NCBI GenBank assembly: GCA_965198115.1
Contig: OZ240241.1
Coordinates: 7,584,001-7,648,000, forward strand
Direction of reading: 5' to 3'
Length of the DNA stretch: 64,000 nucleotides
From: Candidatus Latescibacterota bacterium
GTDB lineage: Bacteria; Latescibacterota; UBA2968
Position numbers and translations under genes: made by a program. The notes under the pieces are model-generated. The model saw only the letters and a program-made list of their open reading frames with translations. It was not told where the DNA came from and did no database searches. Shown here piece by piece: positions 20,103-29,928 of this stretch (the first letter of the stretch is position 1; every line of letters begins with the position of its first letter).

Positions 20103-21452
20103 TCATCAAAGCCACCGCAAAGAAGCTGAAGCAGTTCCAGGAACGACCGCTCGACGACTACGACTTGGTCGCCCTGTTCATCGACGGAAAGAGCTTTGCC
20201 GACGAAGAGATCGTGATCGCTCCGGGCGTCACGACGGACGGCCAGAAGATCCCCCTGGGCTTCGTCGAATCGGCGACGGAGAACGAACGGATCTGCCGTC
20301 AGCTGATCCAGGATCTCATCCGGAGAGGCCTGTGCTACGACCAGGGCCTTCTCGTTGTGCTGGACGGCTCAAAGGGACTCCGCAGTGCCGTCACCAAAGC
20401 CCTCAAAGGGGATGTGTGCGTGCATCGCTGTCAGTGGCACAAGCGCGAGAACGTCGTCAGCTACCTCCCGGAGGCAGAACGTCCAAGAGTTCGACGGAAA
20501 CTTCAGAAAGCCTATGACTGCGACACCTACGAGGAGGCAAAGGCCGCACTCGAATCACTCAAACCCGAACTCAAGCTGATGAATCAGTCTGCCGTGGCAA
20601 GCCTCGAGGAAGGACTGGAGGAAACCCTGACCCTCCACCGGCTGGGGATGCTCCCGTTCTTGAAGCGAAGCTTCCGAACCACCAATTGCATCGAGGCGCT
20701 CAACAGCATGACCGGCAACCTGATACGGAAGGTCAACCGCTGGAACAACTCTCCTCAGCGACACAGATGGGTCGCGGCCGCACTCCTCGACATCGAACCA
20801 CGCCTGCGACGCGTGAGCGGATACAAACACCTCCCGCTGCTCAGGCAAGCACTGAAAAAACAACCTGAATCTCGGCGACAATCAAGATGCTCGGCAGAGA
20901 GCATGAATACCACGGAGCCCGATGAGTTTCAACTGACTATGGGACTTGACCTTGTCTCCCGCAATGTAGATCACTTCCCGACACCCAGCGCAGCGCACCT
21001 TTCCTTCATATTTCATGGCCACGTCGAGCATGCTTTGGCAGCGGGCGAGTAACGCATATCCTGCCTCGTCAACCAATTCACTGTCCAAAAGATCCTGGGC
21101 TGAGGCTTCGTACAGGGCAGCGATAACCACCTTGCGACACGAGGGGCCCACTTGGGCAGGATATACTCGGCCTGGGAATCCTTCGAGTATGAGACACGGG
21201 TCACACTTGGGCGATCCATTATACACCCTTTCGAGTAGATCCTTTTCTGTCTGGAGGAACTCATTACAGGACATTTTGAGGGGGACGTGAGTCTTCGGGT
21301 AGGGCTGCAGAGCGGCACGTCTACGATGCGGGTGCCGCGTGGCTTTAGGCAGCAGACCTAAAACCAGTCCAACGAGGCTAAACAAGAGCCCTCTCTCGAG
21401 AGTGTGAGAGGGGGGCATTGGTGCTGCATCAGACGTCGAATCTGCGCGTACC

Positions 21453-21480
21453 AGTTATCGTAAACTCCATTATCGGTAAC
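21453..21480 (-). other. dif/Xer-like recombination site B (11-6-11)
   Basis: GTTACCGATAA TGGAGT TTACGATAACT: TAA-N6-TTA core with XerC-like and XerD-like arms. Confidence 0.6.
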
Positions 21481-21559
21481 ACGCGCCGCGGAGCGCTCGT
21501 AGTCCGATCCCTTGAGTCTTGCGAGTGCAAGTCGTTGTGCGTTGTCCAAGAACGAGAAA

Positions 21560-21588
21560 GCCCCCGAGTGCGTGACTCACTCGGGGGC
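21560..21588 (-). terminator. Intrinsic terminator after the Rieske gene, possibly bidirectional
   Basis: GCCCCCGAGTG-7nt-CACTCGGGGGC with T-rich tails on both strands. Confidence 0.7.
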
Positions 21589-21678
21589 CGTTTATTACTG
21601 TGTTATCACCCCATCGGTGACGATGCTGTGCTGGGCGACCTGGGTGGGTCACTGCTGGCCTGTGACGCAAAACATGAA

Positions 21679-23457
21679 TCAATCGACGGCTGCGGGTTGC
21701 TCCTCGGGTTGGTCTTCCTCCTCGTAAACCGGTTCTCCGCGATAAAGTCGGAGCGCGATGCGAAGGGTCTGAAGCATTTCGCGCTGTGTGGGCGCGTGGG
21801 CGGCGAGGTAACGCGCCGCTGCGACCATGACAAGGCGCTTCTGCTCGTCGTCTTCCAGCTCGTGAAACTGGCGAATGGCCACCTCGAGCATCTGGAAGCT
21901 GTGAAACTCCGCATCTTCGCGAAGCAGGGATTCAGCCAGCACCTTGAAGAGCGCCCCGGGATCGCCGCCGTTATTCAAATACGTGTAGACGCGGGCACCG
22001 GCTTCATCGGTCTGCGCCTGATTGTCCAGGGGGTCGAGGAAGCGACTGTCGAAATCGGAGACCTCTCCGTTTCCGGACGCCTTGCTCGAAGCGGGGAGTC
22101 GGGCGGGTGGGATGTTGAGGAACCGGTCGAGGTAGGTGCGCATGGCGCCGTGTATGACGCCTCGAAGCAGATCGACCGTTGGGGCGCGTTTAATGAGCTG
22201 GTGCACGGCACTGTTGAAGCTCAACGTGTGCAGCACGCCGATCCAGTCGAAGAATTCGTTCTGTATATGGAAGCGCGTCACCCGAAGGGCGGCGGCGTAA
22301 GTCACGGATCGAGCCAGAAGCTCGGGTGTTGCGCCATCACGCAGGGCCTGGCTCAGGGCGGCGAGCGTCTGATGCGGATCGTCCCCCAGCAGCACGTCGT
22401 AGAAGTCTGACGGCGGAGACCACGATTTTCCGGCTCCTTCCTCGAGGAGCGCGGGTAGCTGCGCTTCGGTGTCTGCAACCAGTGGTACGAGGTCGACCGG
22501 GTGGCGCCAGACATTGAGTTCGGCCCCACGCTGGGCTGTGCAGAGCTGCTGAATCAGGGACTGAAGCACTTCCAAGGCGTGTTCCCAGCCGACGCGATCG
22601 AGCATTTCGAAGGCTTTGTTGATGAAGTCGACGACGTGGCCCGTGTCGAGGTAGATGTGGTCCGTCGCAGCGGCCCCGATCAGGTCTGCCAGCTCCGCAT
22701 CTGTGGCGCCGATTTGGACGGCCGTTAGGACGCACCGCTTCGCGCCGTCGACGTCACGCACTTCGACGAAGGTGCGGAACCAGCGCTTGAGTGTCGCGAC
22801 GTCTGCATCCTGGGTCTCGAGCGGGGATAGGTCGATCTTCGGTGGCTGGTTGGCGCAGTCGCGGGCGACGTGAACGAGGCCCTGGTAAAGAGGCGCGATA
22901 CGCTCGTCGCCGTCCAGATGATCCGTCACGTTGGCCATCGCGCTGAGGATGGTCAGTCCGGATGCCCATCCGGAACCGCGGTGGCGGACACCATAGAGAC
23001 CACCCTGAGAGACAATCTCGTCAGGGTCGGCGCCCGCGTTCAACAGCGTCACGACCGCCTTGCCCATCACCAGGCGAAGATTCTGTTCCATTCCTTCCTT
23101 GAGGCGGCGCTTTCCCTTCTCGATCGGATCGCGACGCGCACCGTCGGTGTGGACGTACACGTCGCCGTTTTCGACGGTAACCGGATAAGCGTCGGCGTCA
23201 TCGGCGAAGAGGTCGAAGGTGCAGCCGCTCTTGAGATCGAAACGGGCGTGGTGCCAGTGGCAGGTGAGGATACCGTCGTCGATGGTTCCCTTGTGAAGGG
23301 GAAAACCCATGTGGGGACAGCGGTTGTCGACGGCGCGGGGATCTCCATCGTTGTGCCAGACGACGATGGGGACAGGCCCCTGGGTGATGACGATACACCC
23401 TTCCCTCTTCAATTCGTCGAGTGATCCGACGTGAATCGTTCCGTTTCCTACGGATAT
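21679..23457 (-). CDS. Rieske [2Fe-2S] domain fused to a large helical C-terminal domain
   Basis: NRCPHMGFPL..LTCHWHHARFDL; REDAEFHSFQ and RYLAAHAPT. The frame extends to an ATA codon 5 nt after GAGGAGG. Confidence 0.88.
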   Translation of the reverse strand: MSVGNGTIHVGSLDELKREGCIVITQGPVPIVVWHNDGDPRAVDNRCPHMGFPLHKGTIDDGILTCHWHHARFDLKSGCTFDLFADDADAYPVTVENGDVYVHTDGARRDPIEKGKRRLKEGMEQNLRLVMGKAVVTLLNAGADPDEIVSQGGLYGVRHRGSGWASGLTILSAMANVTDHLDGDERIAPLYQGLVHVARDCANQPPKIDLSPLETQDADVATLKRWFRTFVEVRDVDGAKRCVLTAVQIGATDAELADLIGAAATDHIYLDTGHVVDFINKAFEMLDRVGWEHALEVLQSLIQQLCTAQRGAELNVWRHPVDLVPLVADTEAQLPALLEEGAGKSWSPPSDFYDVLLGDDPHQTLAALSQALRDGATPELLARSVTYAAALRVTRFHIQNEFFDWIGVLHTLSFNSAVHQLIKRAPTVDLLRGVIHGAMRTYLDRFLNIPPARLPASSKASGNGEVSDFDSRFLDPLDNQAQTDEAGARVYTYLNNGGDPGALFKVLAESLLREDAEFHSFQMLEVAIRQFHELEDDEQKRLVMVAAARYLAAHAPTQREMLQTLRIALRLYRGEPVYEEEDQPEEQPAAVD

Positions 23458-24930
23458 GGGAACCTCCTCGAGGTAGCGGGCAAGCGAGAGCGGTCAGAAC
23501 GGTAAAATCGACTGAATTTGAGAATGTAGGTATAGAGCTTTAAGATCGGCCACTGCTCACCTCGAGCGGTGGCCAGGGAAAGAATCGAGCTCTCTTTGAT
23601 CAGCGTGTGGCATGAAGATAGAAGGGAGACGTGATCACGGCATCGGACGGAGGGACAGTCAGGCGGGAAGAATGGGGCAGGGATGGGACTGGACGAAGGG
23701 CCAGGTCACAACGATGGGGCTCCGGCGGGATTAGCCTTGGACGTTGGTCGGGAGGTGCGTAAACCGGCATCATCTACAACACCCCACGTTATAAGTCTAT
23801 CCTAACGCCTCCATCAGCACTTGCCCGCCGTTCCCCGCCGCCTGCCCGCCGTAGCTCGCGCTTGCGAGCGAAGGGCTGGTCGCATCTTGGGTTGCGATGC
23901 GCACCTATGCCACCATCCTCGTTCTGCTGATGTCGGTCCCGGCCTACGCCGTGGACACGCTCCAGGTCACCACGCCCGATCCGGTGACGGAGGCTTGGCG
24001 GTGGACCGAGTTCGATAAGCACGTAGAGACAGTCTTCGACCTGACCGAAGACAGAGATGGCCACGTCTGGCTCGCGACAGGAACGGGAGCGAAGCGGTAT
24101 GACGGGTATCGGTGGACCACCTACACCACGGACGATGGGCTCGCCGACAATGATGTGCGAAGTGTCTATCAGACAAGGGATGGTGCGATGTGGTTTGGCA
24201 CGTTCAACGGGCTGAGCCGGTTCGACGAGCGGGCCCTGAGAACCGGTTCGGCCTCCGTGTGGACGACCTACACTGTGGACGATGGTCTGGCGGCGAGAAC
24301 CGTGAGTGCGTTCCACGAGGCGGAAGATGGTAGCCTCTGGGTGGGTTTTGCCTCTTCTGCCGTAGACTCGAGCGGAACATCAGCCGGGATCAGCAGGTTC
24401 GATCCCGCCGCACATTCCTCGTCTCCAGAATCAGGGGCGGCTGGAAGAATTGCGTGGACCACGATTGAAGTTCCGGATGGTCCTCCAAGGCCAGACATCT
24501 GGGACATCCACCAAGCCTCGGATGGGGCTATCTGGTTCGTCACCTATCAAGGAATCTTACGATACGACGGCCTATCCTGGAAGCGGCACATCAGTGAGTT
24601 TATCCGCTTGCGCGGAAGGATCTGGGAGACCCACGAAGGTTCACTCTGGTTTCCAATGGGGGAGCAGGGACTCAGAAGCTACGATGGGGAAACCTGGGCC
24701 ACATACACAATTCAAGAAATGTCGGGGCGTGATGACCTCCGGGTGCGTCTGGTATGGCAGACGACGGACGGCACGATTTGGGCACGCTGCTATCCCGAGG
24801 TCTTTGCACGCTTCGATGGTGAAAGTTGGAAACGCTATTCTGTCGAGCATTTCATGCTAAGGCAAAGCGGGTTTTACCAGGGAGTGTATCCCGCCAGGGA
24901 CGGAGCGATGTGGTTTTATGGAGCCGCTTA

Positions 24931-26191
24931 GTACTCCTGTTCTCAAATACGGTGACGTATTCTAAGCAGACTTTGCCAAGGGCGTATCGTAGAACCTGAG
25001 TTTGTCGATCATCTCCGCGAGATCTGTTCGTGTGAACTTCCATTTGAAGGGTGTGGCGATACGTCCGTAGCGTTCCTGAAAACCGAGGATTCTTGCCTCA
25101 AGCTCTTCGAGCGATGCAAATTCGATAGGTGTCAGAGCCTTGCGTTTGAGGATCGAGAAGTAGATCTCGATCTGATTGAGCCAGCTTGCGTGGATCGGAA
25201 GGTGAACGGGGTGGATGTTTGGCCACTTCCCCTGGATACGGTCGATGCATGTTTGCCCTCGGTGCGAGGAGCCATTATCCACGATGAGGTAGACTTTCTT
25301 TGCCGAGCAATAGGGTTTCCGGCTCATGATCAGGCTCAGGAGCCGGTTGAAGGGCTCGATACCCGAAGAAGACTCACAGAGACCGAAGATTCGACCATTG
25401 TGCACGTCGAGAGCAGCCAGATAGGCCAGGGCTCCTTTCCGCTCGTATTCGTGTTTCAACGCGTGCCGCTCTGTTCGAGGCTGGCGGTAGGGTAACGTGC
25501 TTGCGAGCTCGTGCTTGAATACTGGTCTTTTCGTCGGCAGAAAGTACATATTCCCTCGGCCCTAAAGGCTTTCCTTGCCATTGGCGGTGATACAGATCAA
25601 GGACTCTACCTGCTTTGGTTTGGAAGTCCGGGTCCCGTGGGAAAATCCAGGAGCGATGATACCAAGGACGAATCGCGTCCTCGTTCAACCAGCGCCAGAC
25701 AGTGGCGCCGCTGATCTTGGCAACGAAGCCCCTTTGCACTGCCTCGGCGGCAATCTCGGAACAGCTGAACCGCGAGAGCGGTATCCCGCTCTCGCTCGGT
25801 AGTTCACACGCCAGCGCCTTGATCTGAACGACCACCTGAGGGGGGAAAACCGGGCGGGCGCCCGGGACGAGATCTATCTTCGAGTCCCGAAAGACGCTCT
25901 TCGAAAAAGCGCTTACGCCATTTGCTTACGATCGGACGCGGAACATCCAACCGTTGGGCGATAATCTTGTTGGATAATCCCTCGGCGGCGAGAAGCACGA
26001 TTTTCGATCGGATCACTTGATAATACGATAACGTATATTGTCCAGCCATTCGCTCGAGGTCGACCCGTTCCTTCTCAGACAGTAGCACCACATAAGGCGA
26101 ACGTCTTGGCATTGTTCTCCTCCTTTTGAAGGAGAACATAAGCTACAAATAATGTTCAGGACATACGTAATAATATTTATGAAACCATGAC
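24931..26191 (-). mobile_element. IS630 family IS
   Basis: TA at 24929-24930 and 26192-26193; imperfect IRs ending in AAATA..ACGTA. Confidence 0.85.
24962..26112 (-). pseudogene. IS630 transposase: orfA/orfB joined at a TTTTCCCCC slip site, plus an extra indel near 25457
   Basis: HTH with KWRKRF..DRSRPGRP, SADEKT, HEYER.G, VDNGSSH, HASWLNQIE; SD AGGAGG. Confidence 0.85.
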
Positions 26192-26319
26192 TAAGCTGCG
26201 TCGCTTTGATAGCACCTCCACCCGTTGGACCGTGTTTACGGACATTCCTTCGAACGGCCTTAGGGTTTGCCACGAAATAAGTGCTGCACTTTTCAAGGTA
26301 ATGATCTTACGCTCGGAGT

Positions 26320-27528
26320 GTGGACGTCGAAACTCTCCGAACGAAGTATGAAGCCTTGGCTCCGGTGCTGACGGAACGCACGCGTCGTCTGTGGGCCGCC
26401 ACGGAAGCCGAAGCGTTGGGTCACGGTGGGATCGCGATTGTGGCTCTGGCGACAGGAATGTCCAGAGAGCGGATCTTTCGTGGCATTCAGGAGTTGAGGT
26501 CGGACGAACCTTTGGACCCGGCTCGCATCCGGCGTCCAGGCGGCGGTCGTAAGCGGAAGGCCGACACGGACCCGACGCTGTGGCAGGACCTGAATGATCT
26601 GGTCGAGCCAACGACTGCGGGGTCGCCTGACGACAATCCTCTGAGATGGACATCGAAGAGCACTCGCAAACTGGCCGCCGAGTTGCAAGCGATGGGGCAT
26701 TCGGTGAGCCCCAGGATCGTTGCCAATCTCCTGCACGAACACGATTACACGCTGCAGGCGAATCGGAAGACAAGGGAGGGATCTGCACACCCGGATCGGG
26801 ACGCTCAGTTCGTTTACCTCGATGATCGGATTAGCCAGCAGCAGCAGCAGGGCCTTCCCGTTATCTCGGTGGACACCAAGAAGAAAGAGTTGATCGGCGA
26901 CTTCAAGAATCCTGGCCGAGAATGGCGACCCAAGGGAGACCCGGAGCGTGTGAAGGTACACGATTTCATAGTGCCTGCTCAGGGCAAGGCGATCCCTTAT
27001 GGAGTGTATGATCTGAGCCGTGATGAAGGCTGGGTAAGTGTCGGTATCGATCACGACACGGCCAGCTTCGCCGTGAATGCGATCCGAAGTTGGTGGAAGA
27101 ACATGGGACGGCCCGCCTACGGCACTTCGACGCATCTGCTAATCACGGCGGACGCAGGCGGCAGCAACGGCGCCAAGACGCGGCTGTGGAAGTGGGAGCT
27201 GCAGCGCTTTGCGAATCGCACTGGCCTGACGATCACCGTATGCCACTACCCTCCTGGCACTAGTAAGTGGAACAAGATCGAACATCGCCTGTTCTCCTTC
27301 ATCGCTATGAACTGGCGAGGCAAGCCCCTGGTCAGCCTGGCTGCAACCGTGAATCTCATTGCCGGAACGACCACTCAAGCCGGTCTCCGAGTACGCTCCG
27401 AGATCGACAAGCGACCCTACCCTAACGGGGTCAAGGTGACCGATGAACAGATGACCCAAATCGATCTCACTCCGCACGATTTCCACGGCGACTGGAACTA
27501 CACGATCCGGCCAATGGCTCAACATTGA
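26320..27528 (+). CDS. ISAzo13 family transposase
   Basis: RIRRPGGGRK, LRWTSKS, ISVDTKKKELIG, KAIPYGVYD, TADAGGSNG, PPGTSKWNKIEHRLFS, HGDWNYTI. Confidence 0.95.
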   Translation: MDVETLRTKYEALAPVLTERTRRLWAATEAEALGHGGIAIVALATGMSRERIFRGIQELRSDEPLDPARIRRPGGGRKRKADTDPTLWQDLNDLVEPTTAGSPDDNPLRWTSKSTRKLAAELQAMGHSVSPRIVANLLHEHDYTLQANRKTREGSAHPDRDAQFVYLDDRISQQQQQGLPVISVDTKKKELIGDFKNPGREWRPKGDPERVKVHDFIVPAQGKAIPYGVYDLSRDEGWVSVGIDHDTASFAVNAIRSWWKNMGRPAYGTSTHLLITADAGGSNGAKTRLWKWELQRFANRTGLTITVCHYPPGTSKWNKIEHRLFSFIAMNWRGKPLVSLAATVNLIAGTTTQAGLRVRSEIDKRPYPNGVKVTDEQMTQIDLTPHDFHGDWNYTIRPMAQH

Positions 27529-27546
27529 GATCGACCGTTTATTTAT

Positions 27547-28966
27547 GGCTCTATCCGGGTTTCTCAACGGTGAAACTATAGAATGACAAGGTCATAGATC
27601 GTTCCCTACGCTTGGTTGTGTGTGTAGGACAATCAAAGCGAAGGGGGTGCGACCTATGACCGGGAGCAGATTACTATCGAAACTGCTGAGATTCAAGGGG
27701 TTCCGTGTTGTCAGCTGGTGGTTTGAGGGGAGAAGCTGTTTCGTCATCGCCGTAAAGCCACATAAGAATGGTTGTTGTTGTCCGGAGTGCGGCCGTCGAG
27801 GTAAAATCGTCCGCACAATGCCCCATCCGCGTCGGTGGCGTGACATTCCGGTGTGCGGGTGGAGGGTCTGGCTTCTCTACCATCCTCGGGAGATTCGGTG
27901 TCCTACCCACGGTCGTGTGGTCGAGGAGATTCCGTGGGCGGAGCGGTTCTCTCGGGTGACGTATCGCTTCGAGTATGCCATGCTGCGCTACTGCCAGACC
28001 ATGACGCAGAAGGCGGCGTCCGAGTTACTGCGCATCTCTGCCTCGACGCTGTCGGATCTCCGTCACCGATCCATCACGCGGCTTCGTGAAGGTCATCGTA
28101 TCCGAGGGCTCAAAACCATCGGGATCGACGAGATCTCCTACGCCAAGCGTCACAGGTACGCCACGCTCGTTTACGATCTGGACCGCTCCTGCGTGGTGTG
28201 GGTTGGCCGCGGCAGGGCGCGTAAAACGATCGATCGGTTCTTCACAGAGGCTCTCAGTCCCTACCGGAGATCCAAGATCGGGTGGGCCTGCTGCGACATG
28301 AGCGAAGCTTACATCGGAGCCATCCAGGAACACTGTCCGAATGCCAAGCTAGTCCTCGATCGCTTTCACATCGTCAAGGCTCTCAATGCCGCCGTTGACG
28401 AGGTCCGTAAGGACCAGTGGCGTAAAGCTGCCCCGGATGAGCGCAAAGCCATGAAGGGCCTCCGATGGCTCCTCTACCGGCACTCAGCGACACGCTCCGG
28501 AGGGGATACTCGGACACTCGAAGCACTGGAGAAGGCGAACTACCGAATCTATAGAGCCTGGAGACTCAAGGACGAGTTCGAGCAGTTCTGGGAATACAAA
28601 GCGCCCTGGGCTGCCGAACGCTTCCTGAAATGCTGGACGACGTCCGCACTCAGAAGTCGACTTGAACCCCTGCGAAAGTTCGTCAGGACCCTGCGACAGC
28701 ACTTCTTCGGCGTCCTCGCATTCGTGAACACGCGTCTTACCAACGCCATCGCCGAAGGCCTCAACCGAATCGTCCAAATCGTCAAGAACCGAGCCAGCGG
28801 ATTCCGCACACTCGACGCATTCAACGATATGATCTTCCTTACCGTCGGAGACATAAACATCCCTGAGCAGATTCCGAAGAGGTTCCGCACACGCTAACCG
28901 CGCCCCCATGCCAGGAACCACGGCACCTTCACCCACTTCATCTCGTTGAGAGATCCGGATATAGCC
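27547..28966 (+). mobile_element. ISL3 family IS, copy 5 (1420 bp)
   Basis: IRs as above; TSD TTATTTAT at 27539-27546 and 28967-28974. Confidence 0.97.
27656..28897 (+). CDS. ISL3 family transposase (intact frame, several substitutions)
   Basis: Full-length ORF with DDE motifs. Confidence 0.93.
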   Translation: MTGSRLLSKLLRFKGFRVVSWWFEGRSCFVIAVKPHKNGCCCPECGRRGKIVRTMPHPRRWRDIPVCGWRVWLLYHPREIRCPTHGRVVEEIPWAERFSRVTYRFEYAMLRYCQTMTQKAASELLRISASTLSDLRHRSITRLREGHRIRGLKTIGIDEISYAKRHRYATLVYDLDRSCVVWVGRGRARKTIDRFFTEALSPYRRSKIGWACCDMSEAYIGAIQEHCPNAKLVLDRFHIVKALNAAVDEVRKDQWRKAAPDERKAMKGLRWLLYRHSATRSGGDTRTLEALEKANYRIYRAWRLKDEFEQFWEYKAPWAAERFLKCWTTSALRSRLEPLRKFVRTLRQHFFGVLAFVNTRLTNAIAEGLNRIVQIVKNRASGFRTLDAFNDMIFLTVGDINIPEQIPKRFRTR

Positions 28967-29002
28967 TTATTTATTATTCCGAACCCTAACCGCTTAAACA
29001 GA

Positions 29003-29066
29003 GTGTTCAGTGGTTAGGTGTTCAGTGTTCAGGAAGGCACCGTCACACTGAGCGGAGTCGAAGTGT
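29003..29066 (+). repeat. GTGTTCA heptamer repeats followed by a family A unit GTCACACTGAGCGGAGTCGAAGTG
   Basis: Read directly; similar units at 38755, 44973, 50884 and 52890. Confidence 0.7.
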
Positions 29067-29101
29067 CGGTCGCTGCAACAGGCTTTTGTTCATAGCAGGC
29101 C

Positions 29102-29890
29102 TTATCCCAAAGCCGCAACAAGCGCCTCTTTCGCTGTCGCGCAGTCTTCAAGATTCCTGACTCCATCCTCACCGCGGATACCGATCTCCAGAATCAAGGG
29201 TCCGTCGAACGGCATCTTCTCGATACGCTCGACGATGCGCCCATAGTCCAGCCACGAGTTCTCCGCGAACGGCAGGTGATCCGTCTTGTCCGGAGCCCCC
29301 ACACCGTGCACGTGGAATTGGACGATCTGATCCTCCATCTCGTCGACCATGCCGATCACGTCATCCGTGTCGATCTCAGGTCCTCGGCAGCTCGCGTGCC
29401 CGATGTCGAACAACGCACCGAAATCCGAAGGCCCCACGGCCTGAGCCACCTTGACGTCGAACAGCTCGAACCCGAGCGACATCCCTGATCCCTCCGCGAG
29501 CGCCACCATCTCTTTCCCAACGGCGACATTTCGGTCGAAGGCATCGGGCTCCGGCCTACCAGGATGGACCGTCACCACGTCGGCGTTCACGTCCTTGGCG
29601 AACCGTACCAGCTCCCGGTAGCGTTCCTGCGCGGTCTCCCGTTCTTCCACGTCATCGCTCCCGATGTTACCCATCGACGAAGAGTGGACCGTCGACAGAT
29701 GAAACGACGCCATCAGACTTCGCAGTCTCTCTCGGTGCTCGGCATCGAAAGCTTCCGGGCCCCCGTACGTAATTGGCGTCATCTCGAAAGCACGGAATCC
29801 AGCATCCAACGTCCGCTCGATCCCTTCTTCAGGTGAAAACCCCTTCAGGCACAGGGTTGAAACCCCAATTCGATCAGCCAGCGCAGCCAC
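29102..29890 (-). CDS. Sugar phosphate isomerase/epimerase (xylose isomerase-like TIM barrel)
   Basis: TVHPG, GFE, FDIGH, FHVH, DHLP, LILE. Confidence 0.85.
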   Translation of the reverse strand: MAALADRIGVSTLCLKGFSPEEGIERTLDAGFRAFEMTPITYGGPEAFDAEHRERLRSLMASFHLSTVHSSSMGNIGSDDVEERETAQERYRELVRFAKDVNADVVTVHPGRPEPDAFDRNVAVGKEMVALAEGSGMSLGFELFDVKVAQAVGPSDFGALFDIGHASCRGPEIDTDDVIGMVDEMEDQIVQFHVHGVGAPDKTDHLPFAENSWLDYGRIVERIEKMPFDGPLILEIGIRGEDGVRNLEDCATAKEALVAALG

Positions 29891-29928
29891 GATGAACCTC
29901 CCAAGATGTCACAGCATTCTCACTTAAC

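Larger units (their letters stand above)
18231..20907 (+). pseudogene. IS256 family transposase, interrupted by ISL3 copy 4 and frameshifted
   Basis: VPRVR, GISCRNY, SASSVSRRFIK|ATAKKL, FIDG, VLDGSKGL, RCQWHKRENV, TTNCIE. Confidence 0.9.
18136..20951 (+). mobile_element. IS256 family IS carrying a nested ISL3
   Basis: Imperfect IR GGTGAGGTCCC..AGTTGAAACT / AGTTTCAACT..GGGACTTGACC; TSD TTGTCTCC at 18128-18135 and 20952-20959. Confidence 0.92.
17717..21219 (-). pseudogene. Zinc-ribbon (CxxC..CxxC) hypothetical protein split by IS256
   Basis: Joining across the IS gives ..KVRCAGCREVIYIAGDK|MIICEGCGWKCSW..LIDTLIHRYHWE..; two further small frameshifts near 21130 and 17980. Confidence 0.75.
23897..26260 (+). 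pseudogene. Two-component-regulator propeller sensor, disrupted by IS630 and truncated at ISAzo13
   Basis: Signal peptide and repeated DG..W / RYDG..W..YT..DGL blades; KLRRFDSTSTRWTVFT resumes after the IS630; paralogue of 46915. Confidence 0.8.
26263..28986 (+). mobile_element. ISAzo13 family IS with ISL3 copy 5 inserted in its right end
   Basis: Ends GGGTTTG..AAATAA / TTATT..CGAACCC; flanks TTA and TAA. Confidence 0.8.

Noticed and set aside
17102-22410. Long antisense ORFs (17102-18154, 21418-22410) and similar shadows elsewhere
   Set aside because: They overlap well-supported genes on the opposite strand, which is expected in GC-rich DNA.
23540-23585. Cobalamin riboswitch (GCCACTG..GGGAA)
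   Set aside because: GCCACTG is paired in a simple hairpin and the upstream conserved core is absent.
26160-26188. TAA-N6-TTA dif-like pattern
   Set aside because: It lies inside the IS630 terminal repeat and is explained by it.
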